Counted from the stretch's first letter, positions 27,348-40,889 are shown. The stretch is 64,000 nt of DNA from Octopus vulgaris (GCA_951406725.2 OX597831.1:82584001-82648000), one strand, 5' to 3'. The notes: a model not told the origin generated them from the sequence alone. Translations and numbers: made by a program.

Positions 27348-27970
27348 CACCACCACCACCACCACCACCACTGCCACCACCACCACAGTTTTAATTTTTC
27401 TTTGTAGCAACAACAAAAACAAGAGTGTGATAAAAGTGCAATGTAATGCCAAGACAAATATATTATAGTGTACGTCTCTCTCTCTCTCTCTCTCTCTCTC
27501 CCCCCCCACACACACACACACCCCATACAGGAAGGGAAAGAGATAGAAGTATTCTATATTCTTGTGGCAGCAGAGCCTGCAAATATATTATGATGTTGTG
27601 TATGTGTTCAAGGAAAAGATAGTTCTCAATACATGGTGTAGAGTTTGTTCATACATTTAAACACACACACACACACACATGTGATGAGAGAGACAAGATA
27701 GAGGAATGCAAAGCCATTTCACTTATGTATTTCATCCAGATTTTACAGTAGCTTTTATTATTCCCAAAGTCTACAACTCAAAATTGTGAACACACACAAG
27801 TGTATGTGTCTGTGTGTGTCTGTGTGTGTCTGTGTGTGTGTGTGTGTGCATATATATATATAGATACATGTGTGTGTGTCTTGATAATAAACAGAGACAT
27901 AATTATTAGTAAAATTTTATTCATTCTGTAAAACAACTTTTGTCTCACATATACAGACATACAGAAAGGC

Positions 27971-28006
<36 letters not shown>

Positions 28007-28186
28007 ATGTGCATGGACACACGACATGCACTTGCATGTAAATATAAGCACGTTACATTTTTATATATTTGCATTATAATATTATATACATGGAGAAAGA
28101 GAAAGAGAGAGAGAGAGTATACATAATTTACATGAATTATATTAGAAATATTGTGTGTGTGTGTGTGTAATAACCATGCAATCATG

Positions 28187-28229
<43 letters not shown>

Positions 28230-28823
28230 CTCCTTAGAGAGATAAAAGATAAACGTGTGCACTCATATGTATATATACATACACCAATAAACATGCATAA
28301 AAATGTTTGTTTTGTGTTGTTTTAATGAATTAGGTGAATAAATGGAGTGGCGGGTGGGGGGTTAAAATAAACGGGGTGGTGGGGGTTAAAATGGTTTTAG
28401 GAAACAAAATTATGATAAGCAAATCCTCAAAGAATTCTTTGAAAATTTCATATAAGGGATATATTAATAACAATAATAATAATAAAAGATAATAAAGATA
28501 GTGATAATGGTGATAATGAAAACAATAAGAATAAGAGCAACAAGAATACTTAGCAAAGATGAATGTAAAAAGATGCAAGCTATAATTACGCACAGTAAAC
28601 TATTCTAGAAATATTTTCTATATACATTTTTGTTCTATGTTCATATTAAGGATTCTACATACATGTCATCTATCGTTTTGTCAGTGATGTCTTGTTTTCA
28701 CATAGCAGTATCTTTGTAAAATAATGTTTAAAGATAGCAATATTTATTATTTTGCACCTGAAAGGAAATGAATTTAAGAAACAGTAATAGTAATTAGGTA
28801 AGGTAAATGCTGGTGACGACTAC

Positions 28824-29168
28824 CTGTATTTTTCTGTCATCACCATCATTATCATCATCATCATCATCATCGTTGACATCATCCTCTTTGCAACCATCTT
28901 CCTCTTTGTTGTCTGTGCCATTGTTTTTTGCAGTTTTCCTCAGTTCCAGCTGGTGGTTTTTGTAGTTGATGCGATAGTCCTGAAATTTGGCAATCCAAAG
29001 CAGAGCGCAGAGTCTGACCATGGCTCGTTCATGTCGGCCACTTAGGTAGGAATCAACAACGTTAGACGATTGTGAACTCATAACTGACAACGGTTTTCTC
29101 TTCTTCTTCTTCTTCTCACTGTTCTTAGATGTTGCACATTTAGAAGAAAACCTTTTGTAAATAACCAT
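28824..29168 (-). CDS. Candidate first coding exon of an unrecognised small gene (basic N-terminus, acidic C-terminus)
   Basis: 115 codons from ATG to possible donor CAG|GTAGTC (phase 0); unique sequence with more CpG than the flanks; upstream CCAAT/TATA; no homology recognised. Confidence 0.3.
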
Positions 29169-29501
29169 GACAAAGAATTCTAAGAGCAGAGATTCCCTAC
29201 CATAACAAAGGACAGAATGGAGGGGGAAAGAAGGGAGGGAAGGAATTAAATAAATAGATTCTGGCTACTCTCCCACACTGTTTACTTTGAGATGATGGCT
29301 TCACTGAAGTCTTCTCATAACATTAATTGTCCAAGGAATTAGACTTTATTGAGCATAAATTCCTGGTTTACGGCGCTACAGTAAAAGACAACTATGTAAT
29401 AATCAACAAGTAAATGGATAAGAGGAAGAAATTACACGAAAAGGGAAGAAATATAAAGTGAGAGTGAGTCGAGAGCGTAGTGGTGCTTGCCAGATGATGC
29501 C

Positions 29502-29533
<32 letters not shown>

Positions 29534-29551
29534 CTCTGGTGTTTCGTGCAG

Positions 29552-29564
29552 TTTTATAGATTGG
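29552..29564 (-). promoter_or_regulatory. Adjacent CCAAT and TATA motifs (CCAATCTATAAAA)
   Basis: Reverse complement of TTTTATAGATTGG, about 385 bp upstream of the ATG at 29168. Confidence 0.25.
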
Positions 29565-30319
29565 TGAATGGAGATGACAACCAACTCCACAGCTTTAACT
29601 TTCCTCTCGTGTGATGCTAGTTTATTTATTTATTTATTCTTGGTGTTGTTTCTTCAAATCAAAAATACTAATGCCGTCATAAAACTACATCGATAACTGA
29701 ACTAAGAAATTAAATCAATTCTTTAGAAAGCAGACATTTCCTCTCCAATTTGGTTGGCAGAAGTGAATGGTATCAAAGTTAGAATATCAAGGATATTGCC
29801 AATAATTTTGAAATGGAAAAAATAAATAAACGTAAACAACTTTATTTTAAAGTTGGGAACAACTTAGAATTCTTCATATTGAGAGAAAAAAAAATTGATA
29901 AAATAAACATAAAAACTGGAGTGAAAAATTGAAAACAGAAAATTAACAAATAATCTAATTAAAAAAAATTGTAATTAACAAATTTACTTTCTGAAAGTGT
30001 GGCTTATCTTATTTGATTTTATTCACTTCTTGAAAACACAACTGCTAGGCATAACCAGAAGCCACAGTAAGAGAGGTGGTTCCATCAATTGCAGATATTT
30101 TGGTGAAATGGATAGAGAGACAAATAGAGAAAGGATGGAGGAATGAAGAAAATATAAATCCATCAGAACAACAACAACAACAACTGTTTAGAGAGATGTG
30201 TAAGAGTTATTAAAGACATAAATTGATAGAATTGATTTTGGAAATAAAATATGCATACTAATTAGCATCAAAATAAATTAGAAAAAAAATGAATGAAAAT
30301 GTCATTGAGAGAGGAATGG

Positions 30320-30370
<51 letters not shown>

Positions 30371-31077
30371 AAAAGAAAAGAGTAGAGAAAATTCAAATAT
30401 TTGGTGGTGGGGATGGAAAAAAATTAGAGAAGGAAAAGTAATTTTTGTGATATTTTTGAAATTTTACACTAAATATTTCATTCTTATTCCCCTCTTCCTT
30501 TCCTCACCAAAACATCATTAATTATTATAAATATAGAATTGGTCCCTTTTCCCCTAATTTTACTCCATTACATGATACAGAATGAGAAACAACAGGGACA
30601 TCTGCCACTGTCACATTGGTGAAGGTTTGGAAAGTAAATTCTTTAAGTTTGGAAGTCAGCACACCTCAATGATGTTGTCATGGTTTCTCGGTCATTCTCT
30701 TCTAGTCTCAGCAGTTCTACCATTTCTTTCACTTTCTCTCTTTCCATCAGGATATTCTCCAGTTCTTCCTTTTTCTTTTATCTCGCATACAAACAAATAC
30801 CATTTCCACCACCCTCACTACACACACAACCACCACAACTATACACACAGACACTGTAGACTCTACTACTATACCACCACCGCCACCACCACCACCACCA
30901 CCACCACCACCACTTTTAATTCTTAATCCACTGCCGTCGTCAACAGCTTTGATAATTTCAATTTGGTAACATTACAGCTGTAAATTTCTGCATTGCTTAG
31001 CAGTTTGCATTCTTTCCCCCACATTAACTACTGCAGTGGCTGAGAGAGAGAGAGAGAGGATGAAGAGAGAGAAGCAG

Positions 31078-31121
<44 letters not shown>

Positions 31122-31238
31122 GAGAGAAAAGCAGAAAGAGAGAGGGAGAACTGCAGCAGCAATAGTTGTCATCTTTTCACATCGTGTTAATAACATCTCT
31201 CGATGACAGTTACTTTACTGACAACATGCATTTATCAG

Positions 31239-33200
31239 CATCTAGCTACACACCGCCAGCATAAACACTTCCCACATCACCATTTGGCTACACACAACCA
31301 CCCTAAACACTTCCCACCTCATCTGCTTACACACGACCAACTTAAACACTTCCCACATCACCATTTGGCTACACACAACCACCCTAAACACTTCCCACCT
31401 CATCTGCTTACACACGGCCAACTTAAACACTTCCCACATCACCATTTGGCTACACACAACCACCCTAAACACTTCCCACCTCATCTGCTTACACACGGCC
31501 AACTTAAACACTTCCCACATCACCATTTGGCTACACACAACCACCCTAAACACTTCCCACCTCATCTGCTTACACACGGCCAACTTAAACACTTCCCACA
31601 TCACCATTTGGCTACACACAACCACCCTAAACACTTCCCACCTCATCTGCTTACACACGGCCAACTTAAACACTTCCCACATCACCATTTGGCTACACAC
31701 AACCACCCTAAACACTTCCCACCTCATCTGCTTACACACGGCCAACTTAAACACTTCCCACATCACCATTTGGCTACACACAACCACCCTAAACACTTCC
31801 CACATCACCATTTGGCTACACACAACCACCCTAAACACTTCCCACCTCATCTGCTTACACACGGCCAACTTAAACACTTCCCACATCACCATTTGGCTAC
31901 ACACAACCACCCTAAACACTTCCCACCTCATCTGCTTACACACGGCCAACTTAAACACTTCCCACATCACCATTTGGCTACACACAACCACCCTAAACAC
32001 TTCCCACCTCATCTGCTTACACACGGCCAACTTAAACACTTCCCACATCACCATTTGGCTACATGCAACCACCCTAAACACTTCCCACCTCATCAGCTTA
32101 CACACCGCCAGCATAAACACTTCCCACATCACCATTTGGCTACATGCAACCACCCTAAACACTTCCCACCTCATCTGCTTACACACCGCCAGCATAAACA
32201 CTTCCCACATCACCATTTGGCTACATGCAACCACCCTAAACACTTCCCACCTCATCTGCTTACACACCGCCAGCATAAACACTTCCCACATCACCATTTG
32301 GCTACATGCAACCACCCTAAACACTTCCCACCTCATCTGCTTACACACCGCCAGCATAAACACTTCCCACATCACCATTTGGCTACATGCAACCACCCTA
32401 AACACTTCCCACCTCATCTTCTTACACACGGCCAACTTAAACACTTCCCACATCACCATTTGGCTACACACAACCACCTAAACACTTCCCACCTCATCTG
32501 CTTACACACCGGCAGCATAAACACTTCCCACATCACCATTTGGCTACATGCAACCACCCTAAACACTTCCCACCTCATCTGCTTACACACGGCCAACCTA
32601 AACACTTCCCACATCACCATTTGGCTACATGCAACCACCCTAAACACTTCCCACCTCATCTGCTTACACACCGCCAGCATAAACACTTCCCACATCACCA
32701 TTTGGCTACACACAACCACCCTAAACACTTCCCACCTCATCTGCTTACACACGGCCAACTTAAACACTTCCCACATCACCATTTGGCTACATGCAACCAC
32801 CCTAAACACTTCCCACCTCATCTGCTTACACACGGCCAACTTAAACACTTCCCACATCACCATTTGGCTACACACAACCACCCTAAACACTTCCCACCTC
32901 ATCTGCTTACACACCGCCAGCATAAACACTTCCCACATCACCATTTGGCTACATGCAACCACCCTAAACACTTCCCACCTCATCTGCTTACACACGGCCA
33001 ACCTAAACACTTCCCACATCCCCATTTGGCTACACACAACCACCCTAAACACTTCCCACCTCATCTGCTTACACACTGCCAGCATAAACACTTCCCACAT
33101 CACCATTTGGCTACATGCAACCACCCTAAACACTTCCCACCTCATCTGCTTACACACGGCCAACCTAAACACTTCCCACATCACCATTTGGTTACACACT
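31239..33200 (+). repeat. About 24-unit tandem array, 81-bp period (42-bp A + 39-bp B subunits), His-rich open frame
   Basis: Unit encodes HFPHHHLATHNHPK-HFPPHLLTHGQLK; one extra A unit near 31790; 1-bp deletion at about 32478. Confidence 0.95.
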
Positions 33201-36200
33201 GACAACCTAAACCACTTCAAATAATGTATAAAACTTCAGTACAATGGAATGAAACACGTGCACAAAAAACAATTGTGCAGACATACATGCCTCTACACAT
33301 GCAGACATTCTTTCCCTTCGACAAAGGTAACCAAACACGCACACACACAAAGAGACAGACAGACAGACACACTACCACATTTATAATTAATTATAAATGT
33401 CTAACAACATTATTAACTCAGCACAACACACTAACATAGAGATATAAAGAATTCCAGTTGTTAACAATAATGTTTACATGACTCCATTTAGGGTTTATAT
33501 TTTCTACTTTCGACATCCTTGCACTGACTGACATCCTATGTTTGAAGCCTTAACCAGAATTAACCAGTCTGGGTTCAAACCCACAGGCAGACAATGTGCA
33601 CCATCATCATAATTTTAATATCTTTTTCTACTTTTAAATACAAGTGTGGGTCTGATAGGTCTACAATGCAGTATATAAACCATATGATGCACCATCAACA
33701 GGTCTGATAATGCCAGATATTCTGATCATGTGTGTGTGTGAGAGAAAGAGAGAGAGATAATGTAAGGATTGGTTGGGGAGTGATGATGGTCCGTTTGACC
33801 CCAGACACCACTGTTCTGTCTCTTCACCATCCCCAATACCTCCATCATTCCCTATGCCCACATCCTCCCTATCAATTCAACACTTACTGACCAGCCAAGT
33901 GACAGAACAATCCCATAATTAACAAACCCTCCTTGCTATCCAACCTTTCTTTATCCCACATGCACACACACATACGAAAGAGAGACAGACAGACAGACAG
34001 AGGGCAGGAGCTGTGGACATGGTCTTCACTGGATCCTTGGCACCAGTGAGGACAACAGAGTTTATTTTCCCTCTGAAGAATTGCAAATTGACAGCTGCAG
34101 GAGAAACAGTGTCAGGGAGGAATTTGCCAGGGACTGACAATCTGGAGGTGAAAAAAGGGCCTAGTATGGGAGTGTGGGGCATGAGTGAGAATGGCATACA
34201 AAGATAGAGAGATGAGTGAGTTCAGAATGATTGGGTGGAGGGGACAGACGGATCAGCAAGGGCTTATAAGTGGGTCTCACTATAGGGAGCAGCAGAAAGT
34301 AAACAGGCATAGTTTGACCCAGCAAAAATACATTTTTGTTTCTCTGTGGAAAATTATTTATCATTTAAAAGTTCAGGATGTGAACATTTTTCTCAAATAG
34401 TTCTGATCAAAATCCGACGCTTACATATCATGCCAGGGTCCCTTAATCACTGTGGTATTTCCATGAATTCACAGAGTTTATCCTATTGTTCTGGGTGGGT
34501 GGGGGTTGCTGCTAAATAGTAGCTCTCATTCTAGTTCAATGTGCAGAAGCACCAAAACTCGATTCATGTTGAAAATCTGTCATGAAGAGGACTTTGTTTT
34601 GCTTAATTTTGATATAAAAATAATCAATGGGGGTAGATCAGATATTCATTTTGAAACATAAAAGAGAAAATTTTACAGTTAATTTTCACTTAGAAAAGAA
34701 CATATTTTTTATATTATAACAAAGAAAAATTTCTCATTAGTTCTGTGTGATCATTGCCAAAACTGGCCATGATATAGCGGAGAAGCACAAAGCCAATAAA
34801 GAGGGTGGTCTACTGATGCTACTTGTTAAACTGACTTATTACTGTGAGAAGTGAAAGCGAACAGGAACACAAGGCTTCAAATATTGAGTTTGAGCAAATT
34901 TTCAAAACATGGACAAACTATTACTAAGTAAACACATGTTTCTATAAAAACAATGTACTCTATGGATGTACTCTATGGAATCTTCTAGAGCCCAAAATTA
35001 GCATTGGACTCGTATTGAGAATGTTGTTTATTCTCTCTCGCTGTTTTAACATGTGGAGAGTGAGGTCTAAATTTTACTTAAAGGATATTCTTGTACATGT
35101 AAAATTTGGTTTTCTTTGTGAAAAATTGGTCAAATTTTGCCAATAGGAATTAAGAATATTATTCTGTAGATTATTAAAGTCAGATGTGGTGTATATCTTT
35201 TGTTTTTCCGATTTTGAATTTACAGTTGGACAATTTATGGTAGTTTTTGCATATTTGTTTTGGTTTTTTTTTTTGTTTTTGTTTCTCCTGCTGAGGAATT
35301 TGCTAAAAGACAAGTCCTTGTGGCTGGTACTTTTGGATTTAGCAAGATCTGAAACACTGCAAAATTGACTCTCTGTTGCAGACAGCATAAATATTTCAAA
35401 AATTGTTTTAAAAACAACATTCCCTTTCCAAGAACCTGAACAAAAATAGGCAACTACTATACCCCCATGGTCACTATAAATTCGTGTAACTTGAAGATTA
35501 ATATCCCCTCAGTTTCAAAGATATGACATCACAAAGACGGCTAATTATTCATTTAGGCCAATGAGGCAAGATTTTGACCAATCCACTGACCATTCAAACC
35601 ATCATATTTCCTAAAATATTCCTCTGAATTTCACAAATGAAGTATCAAAATGTTTCTTTTTTGATTCTCTCCAAGAAAAAAATACAGTAGCAATTACATT
35701 TAAATATTTTAAAAGTATAATAACGATACCAATTGGAAACAGAGGCTACTGTAATAGTGACAGAAGCAAAGAGAGGACACAGCATATTTCTTTGGGCTAG
35801 AGGTTGGTATGTGTTGGTGAGAGGGGAGACTCTCCATCTGCAGGGCCAAGATTGATATATATTTGCTTGTGCAAGGCAGTACTGGTTCTAATTAAAACTA
35901 GTGACATACTGAAAATGGAATCAGTTTCTTCTTATTTAGATTCCACTAATTAGAACTAAACAAGATTCTATTCTGATTATTTTCAAGAGCTATTAAAATC
36001 TTAAACACACAATTCTACACCAATTGCAATGTCTGAACATTTCATCTTCTATGTAAGAATAAGTTGGAGCTATAGAGCTGAGGAATGGTAAAGTTTGAAA
36101 CAAGAACAAAAAAGGTTTATAAAATAAATGAAATTCATAAAATACCCGTAAAAATGGGGTTAATCTCATAAGGGAGATTTTTGGCAGTGTAATGGTTCCC

Positions 36201-36696
36201 CAAAGAATTCTTCTGTTGAAATACACCAGGTAAGATTCTAGGTTAAGAAGAGAGTATCACTGAACTGACAACACTCTCACTCTTCTACTGCACAACACCC
36301 GAAATAAAATGGACTTTATACATGCGAATATAAAAGCAGCTAGTGTTGTCTATGGGTGCATTCATGTATGTGTATTTGCAGAGTCAGTGTGCAGCAGAGG
36401 ACATCATTATACTGTGGTTACTGAAGTGTCAGTGTGCAACAAGGTGCATCCTTACAACAAGCAACTGTGCAGCACAGTGCACTATTGCAACACAACCACT
36501 ATTAATGTTAAGTGGGTTAATGTTCTATTGTATGCAGTGCAACGCAACATTGCACCCCTGCAGCAAGCATCAGTCTACAGAAAAAAATCTATCAATTTAA
36601 CAAAATTTTACCAATTATTTTTGTTATGGAACAAGTTAGTGATGAAGGTGGTGGGAGGAGAGAGAAGATCTGTGAAAGTGTGTGGTAAATCTTGGG

Positions 36697-36715
36697 AATA
36701 GTAATAATAATGATA

Positions 36716-36746
<31 letters not shown>

Positions 36747-36772
36747 TAATAATGATAATAATAATAATAATG

Positions 36773-36821
<49 letters not shown>

Positions 36822-36853
36822 TAATAATAATAATGATAATAATAATAATAATA
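36697..36853. repeat. (AAT/GAT)n microsatellite
   Basis: Read directly; a second tract lies at 36969-37062. Confidence 0.95.
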
Positions 36854-36854
36854 A

Positions 36855-36966
36855 CACTTTCCATACAATAACCATCAGAGCATCACAACAAATCACAGCA
36901 CATGCCCAAGGCACACAGAGCTGTGCTCGGTAGTGAAGTGAAAGCACGCTATAAAAATAAAACTAT

Positions 36967-36968
<2 letters not shown>
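36855..36968 (+). mobile_element. Extremely 5'-truncated Dong-type 3' tip inside (AAT)n
   Basis: CTT TCC ATA CAA TAA (LSIQ*) resembles the ILSM*/TLTI* ends; UTR GCCCAAGGCAC resembles GCCCTAGGGCAC (23912) and CACCCTAGGCA (38900); flanked by (AAT)n. Confidence 0.5.
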
Positions 36969-37012
<44 letters not shown>

Positions 37013-37014
37013 TG

Positions 37015-37062
<48 letters not shown>

Positions 37063-37063
<1 letters not shown>

Positions 37064-39030
37064 GCGCACGAGCAATTGGCTGATAGGTGGGAGGAGAAAC
37101 CTCTGCACGGCAAATATGTGGCCTGTAGCAAACAAGCTGATGTTGACCAGAAGCAAACCCATCAGTGGCTACGGAGCTCAGGGCTAAAAGCAGAGAGCGA
37201 AGGTTTCATCCTGGCTGCTCAAGATCAAAGCCTATTAACCCGGAACTACCAGGCCAATGTGATGAAAAATGGAGCAAACCCAAAATGCAAAAAATGACCA
37301 ACAACTCAAGGGTTTACTAGCAATTGTTAAACAATTCAGCGATGACATCAGAATGCAATTTGGCCTCGATAAATGTGCAAAAGTTACCTTTATCAAAGGA
37401 AAAATGACAAGAAACATCTAATGTTAACCTTGACCAGCAACATGTCATAAAAGAGTTAGACCCAGCGGAGAGCTACAAGTAATTGAAGGGGACGGAATAA
37501 AGCATTCAGTGATGAAGGAAAGGATCAGGAGAGAATGTTATCGCAGAATAAGAGCAATACTCAAGACAGAGCTGAATGCAAGAAACAGGATCGAAGCGAT
37601 CAATGCTTTAGCCATACCAGTCGTGACTTACAGTTTCAATATCGTTAACTGGTCAATTACTGAAATATGTAATCTTGACAGAAAAATATGAAAACTGTTG
37701 ACAATGCATAGAATGCACCACCCTAAGGCAGATACAGAACGACTTTATTTGCCAAGAAAAGAGGGAGGCCGTGGACTTTTACAACTGGTAATAACAAAGA
37801 AGATTGCTACAATTGGCCTAGACACCTACCTGAAAAAGTCTGAGGACTGGATGTTAAAACTTGTCTCAAAACATGAAAACAAGAAAGCATCATACTCAGT
37901 AACAAAACAGGCAAAGGAATATCTAAGTGAATTCCAAATACAACAAATTTCGGAATAAGAGATAGTCATACAAGAAACAAGCACAGAAAAAGCTAAGCGC
38001 ATGAAAACCCGTGCCAAAACTGCGGCCTTAGATATTCTGAATAATAAATGGCAAGAAAAACCACTCTATGGCAAATACCCAAAGAGAGCGAATAATGCAG
38101 ATATTGACAAAGCCCTGACCCATCAATGGCTAATGGCTTCTGGCTTAAAATCTGAAACAGAAGGGTTTATCATAGCAGCTCAAGATCAATGCCTACCTAC
38201 AAGGAACTACCAGGCCAACATATTAAAGAACGGCAGTAGCCCAACATGTCGTGTATGTCAACAACAAAATGAAACGACTGATCATGTTTTTTCCAAGTGC
38301 AGTCTTCTAGCTCCTACAGAGTATCTGAACAGGCATGATGGAGCTGCACAATATATTCACTGGGTAATCTGCAAAAACCTGGATTTGCCCCATGAAAAAA
38401 ACTGATGGGAACACAAACCACCTCCAGTGCTTGAAAATGACCACATCTCACTCCTCTGGAACTTCACCATTCAAACTGATGGAAAGATAGATGCAAATAG
38501 GCCAGACATCATATTGAAAGACTTCAGACAAAGAACATGCCTCCTCATTGATATGACTGTCCCAATCGATATAAACGTATCTGTCAAGACCTACCATGAA
38601 CTGAGCAAATATAAAGATCTTGAAATAGAAATCAGCAAAATGTGGAACCTGAAGACTAAAACAATACCTGTTGTCATAGGTGCCCTGGGAATGATAGCAA
38701 AAGGGGCTGATTGTTACCTAACTCAGATACCAGGAAACCCCAAAATGGCAGAAATTCAAAAGATAGTGCTCATGGGAACTGCTCATATCCTACGCAAAAT
38801 ACTTTCAATGTAATCTCAAGTTTTAAAACAAACATAATTTCCGTATGGTTTTTTTAGACATTCACTAGTACAACACTAAATACAAAACCAAATATATGGC
38901 ACCCTAGGCATAACAACAACATGAACTTCCAACCTGTTGTCTCTTGAGGTCTCTGGGTGAGACTTGGAGCCAACTTGTACAAATGTAAAGCAAAAGTCAA
39001 ACATAGAATAATAATAATAATAATAATAAT
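37063..39030 (+). mobile_element. Chimeric R4/Dong-type retrotransposon: RT C-terminus, CCHC finger, REL endonuclease, 3' UTR, (AAT)n
   Basis: MQFGLDKCAK; MHHPKADTERLYLPRKEGGRGL; SETEGFIIAAQDQ; CRVC-x8-H-x4-C; YLNRHD; RPDIILKD..LIDMTVP..KYKDL; GTAHILRKILSM* ending 38811; several stops and frameshifts. Confidence 0.92.
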
Positions 39031-40265
39031 GATACTGATTTCATTTACTTGCCACAAGGGCAAAGGATGAGGGGACAATACAAAGGCAAACATAAAGTGT
39101 AGGGGTTTACAAATAATTATGAAATTATTAAAAAGAAAAAAGGCAAGAAAGAAGCAAGTATGTATGGTATATGCTGAAAAAGAAGGGACATATGCATAGC
39201 ATACAAAGGTTAAAAATGTGGTGGAGAGGATGATAGAAATGTGGCCCTCCTGATACAGGAAGGCCTCTAGGGATAATCAAGGAACCCCACTGTCCAAGAT
39301 TTCCCTGAAACCCCAGGAACAAGTGCTCTCCCCAATTCCTTCTCTCTGACTCACAGGTTTGCACTTAGAGAAGTACCATTCACTCTTGCCATTTTCGCAA
39401 CTTTCACTCACCTTTCACTAAACTCACTCGAGGACAGCACTTCCCTCTCCACTCTCAATTTCCTTTTCAAGTCAATGAGAGCTCTACCAAAGAGGAATGG
39501 ATCTGTCCTTGTGCCTTTCAGCCTTGTCCACCAAACAACCTTTTTTGCCACAGCCACCAGGCAAAGGAAAACTGCCTTGCCTGCCTGATTGAAGGAGGGC
39601 CGTGGTGCAATCATCACTACAGACTTGGCTGACAGACAGATCCGTCCTATACACGACAGCAGCTGCTCGACATAACTTCAGAAGTCAGCAATGCCCGGAC
39701 ACTGAACAAGTGCATGCACCTTGGACAAACCCATTTAACAGCACATCCATGGCCTGTAGAGTTTATCTTGAACTGGTAGCACCCCCTGGTAGCATTTCCA
39801 GGCTAAGGACATCTGGAAATCATTCATGATAGTTCCCGACCAGAAAGTCCTCTAGAACAGACTAGCCAGTTCATTTTCATCAATGCCCAGAGTCTCTCCA
39901 AGGACATCATTGTACTTTCCCACAACTAATCCTGTATAAATTTCTAAAGTAGAACATCCACCGATCCCCTTGCCTGACTGGGAGAGGGCTGTGAGGACCT
40001 GGCAACATGCTAGGTGCCAGGCGCCCAGTCTTGGACTTTATTCACTCAGGACTGCAGCTCCATGAAGGAGACGAGTTGCAGAAAGATGAGCCTCACAAAC
40101 AGAGCCCACACACGCTCACCATCCAGAAATTATTGCAGGTGGTATAACCTAAGAGCCTGCCTGTGCATTAGGAGCCATGGCAGCATGCCTAATCTGCCAC
40201 TCTGAGGATGCTGGAAACAGACTGATTACCTGACCATTGGAACATGTTGCCCCTTCCACAAGAAT
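39031..40265 (-). mobile_element. Tx1/L1-clade LINE, 3' part
   Basis: ORF 39408-39617 VFLCLVAVAKKVVWWTRLKG; degenerate homology to 21541-22071; 3' end CCCTTGTGGCAAGTAAATGAAAT followed by (ATT)n. Confidence 0.7.
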
Positions 40266-40514
40266 TTAAATAAGAGACACTTCAACCCGATGATGACAAT
40301 GATGATTAGCGATGGTGTATGATGATGATGATGATGGTATATCGTGGGACTGACAAAGAAAAATCTGAAAACAAAAAGGGATAAATGAATATTGGGGAGA
40401 GAAAGAGGGAAGCGATAAACAGGTATAAATGAGGAGAGAGAGAGAGAGAGAGGTGTTGAAGGAAAATATACATAAGACTGGCAAAGCTAAATATTGGCTT
40501 ATTTATAACAATCA

Positions 40515-40885
40515 CCATCATCACCATCATCCAGTTTAACTGGAGTTGATGAGATGGAGAGCTGCACCAGGTTCCTGTCTGATTTGGCAAGGTTTCCATG
40601 GCTACATGCCCTTCCTAATGCTAACCACTCCAGGAGTGTAATGGATGCTTTTACGTGCCACCAGCACAAGTGCCAATTACATGGCACTGTCAACAACCAC
40701 GACCATGATTCACAGGTGCCACTAACAAGGCCCCAGTGACACTCTGACTCCAATTCCACAGGTGCCATTTACGTGACAATGGCAATATCCACAACCGCGA
40801 TTTCCCTTGAGCTGATGAGTTGTTCCATGCCCAGCATCCGGTAAAGGGGCCAAAGTCACTTGTCATCATCTCTGTGAGGAACCAA
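40515..40885 (-). mobile_element. RTE-type LINE 3' UTR
   Basis: GCTGCACCAGG..TCTGATTTGGC..TGCCCTTCCTAATGC.AACCACTCC family motif. Confidence 0.7.
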
Positions 40886-40889
40886 CTTT

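Noticed and set aside
31280-33170. Interstitial telomere (CCCTAA in each unit)
   Set aside because: Only one isolated hexamer per 81 bp, never in tandem
31239-33200. CRISPR-like array
   Set aside because: No unique spacers; the intervening sequence is itself repeated; eukaryotic context with no cas genes
31242-33220. Minus-strand ORFs (WEVF..CKQMR) and a Cys/Trp frame with periodic TGA (selenoprotein idea)
   Set aside because: Expected shadows of a repeat whose period is a multiple of 3; no SECIS or other support seen
33990-35650. Possible old DNA transposon (LCDHCQNW PHD-like trace at about 34745)
   Set aside because: No TIRs, TSD or catalytic motif I could verify
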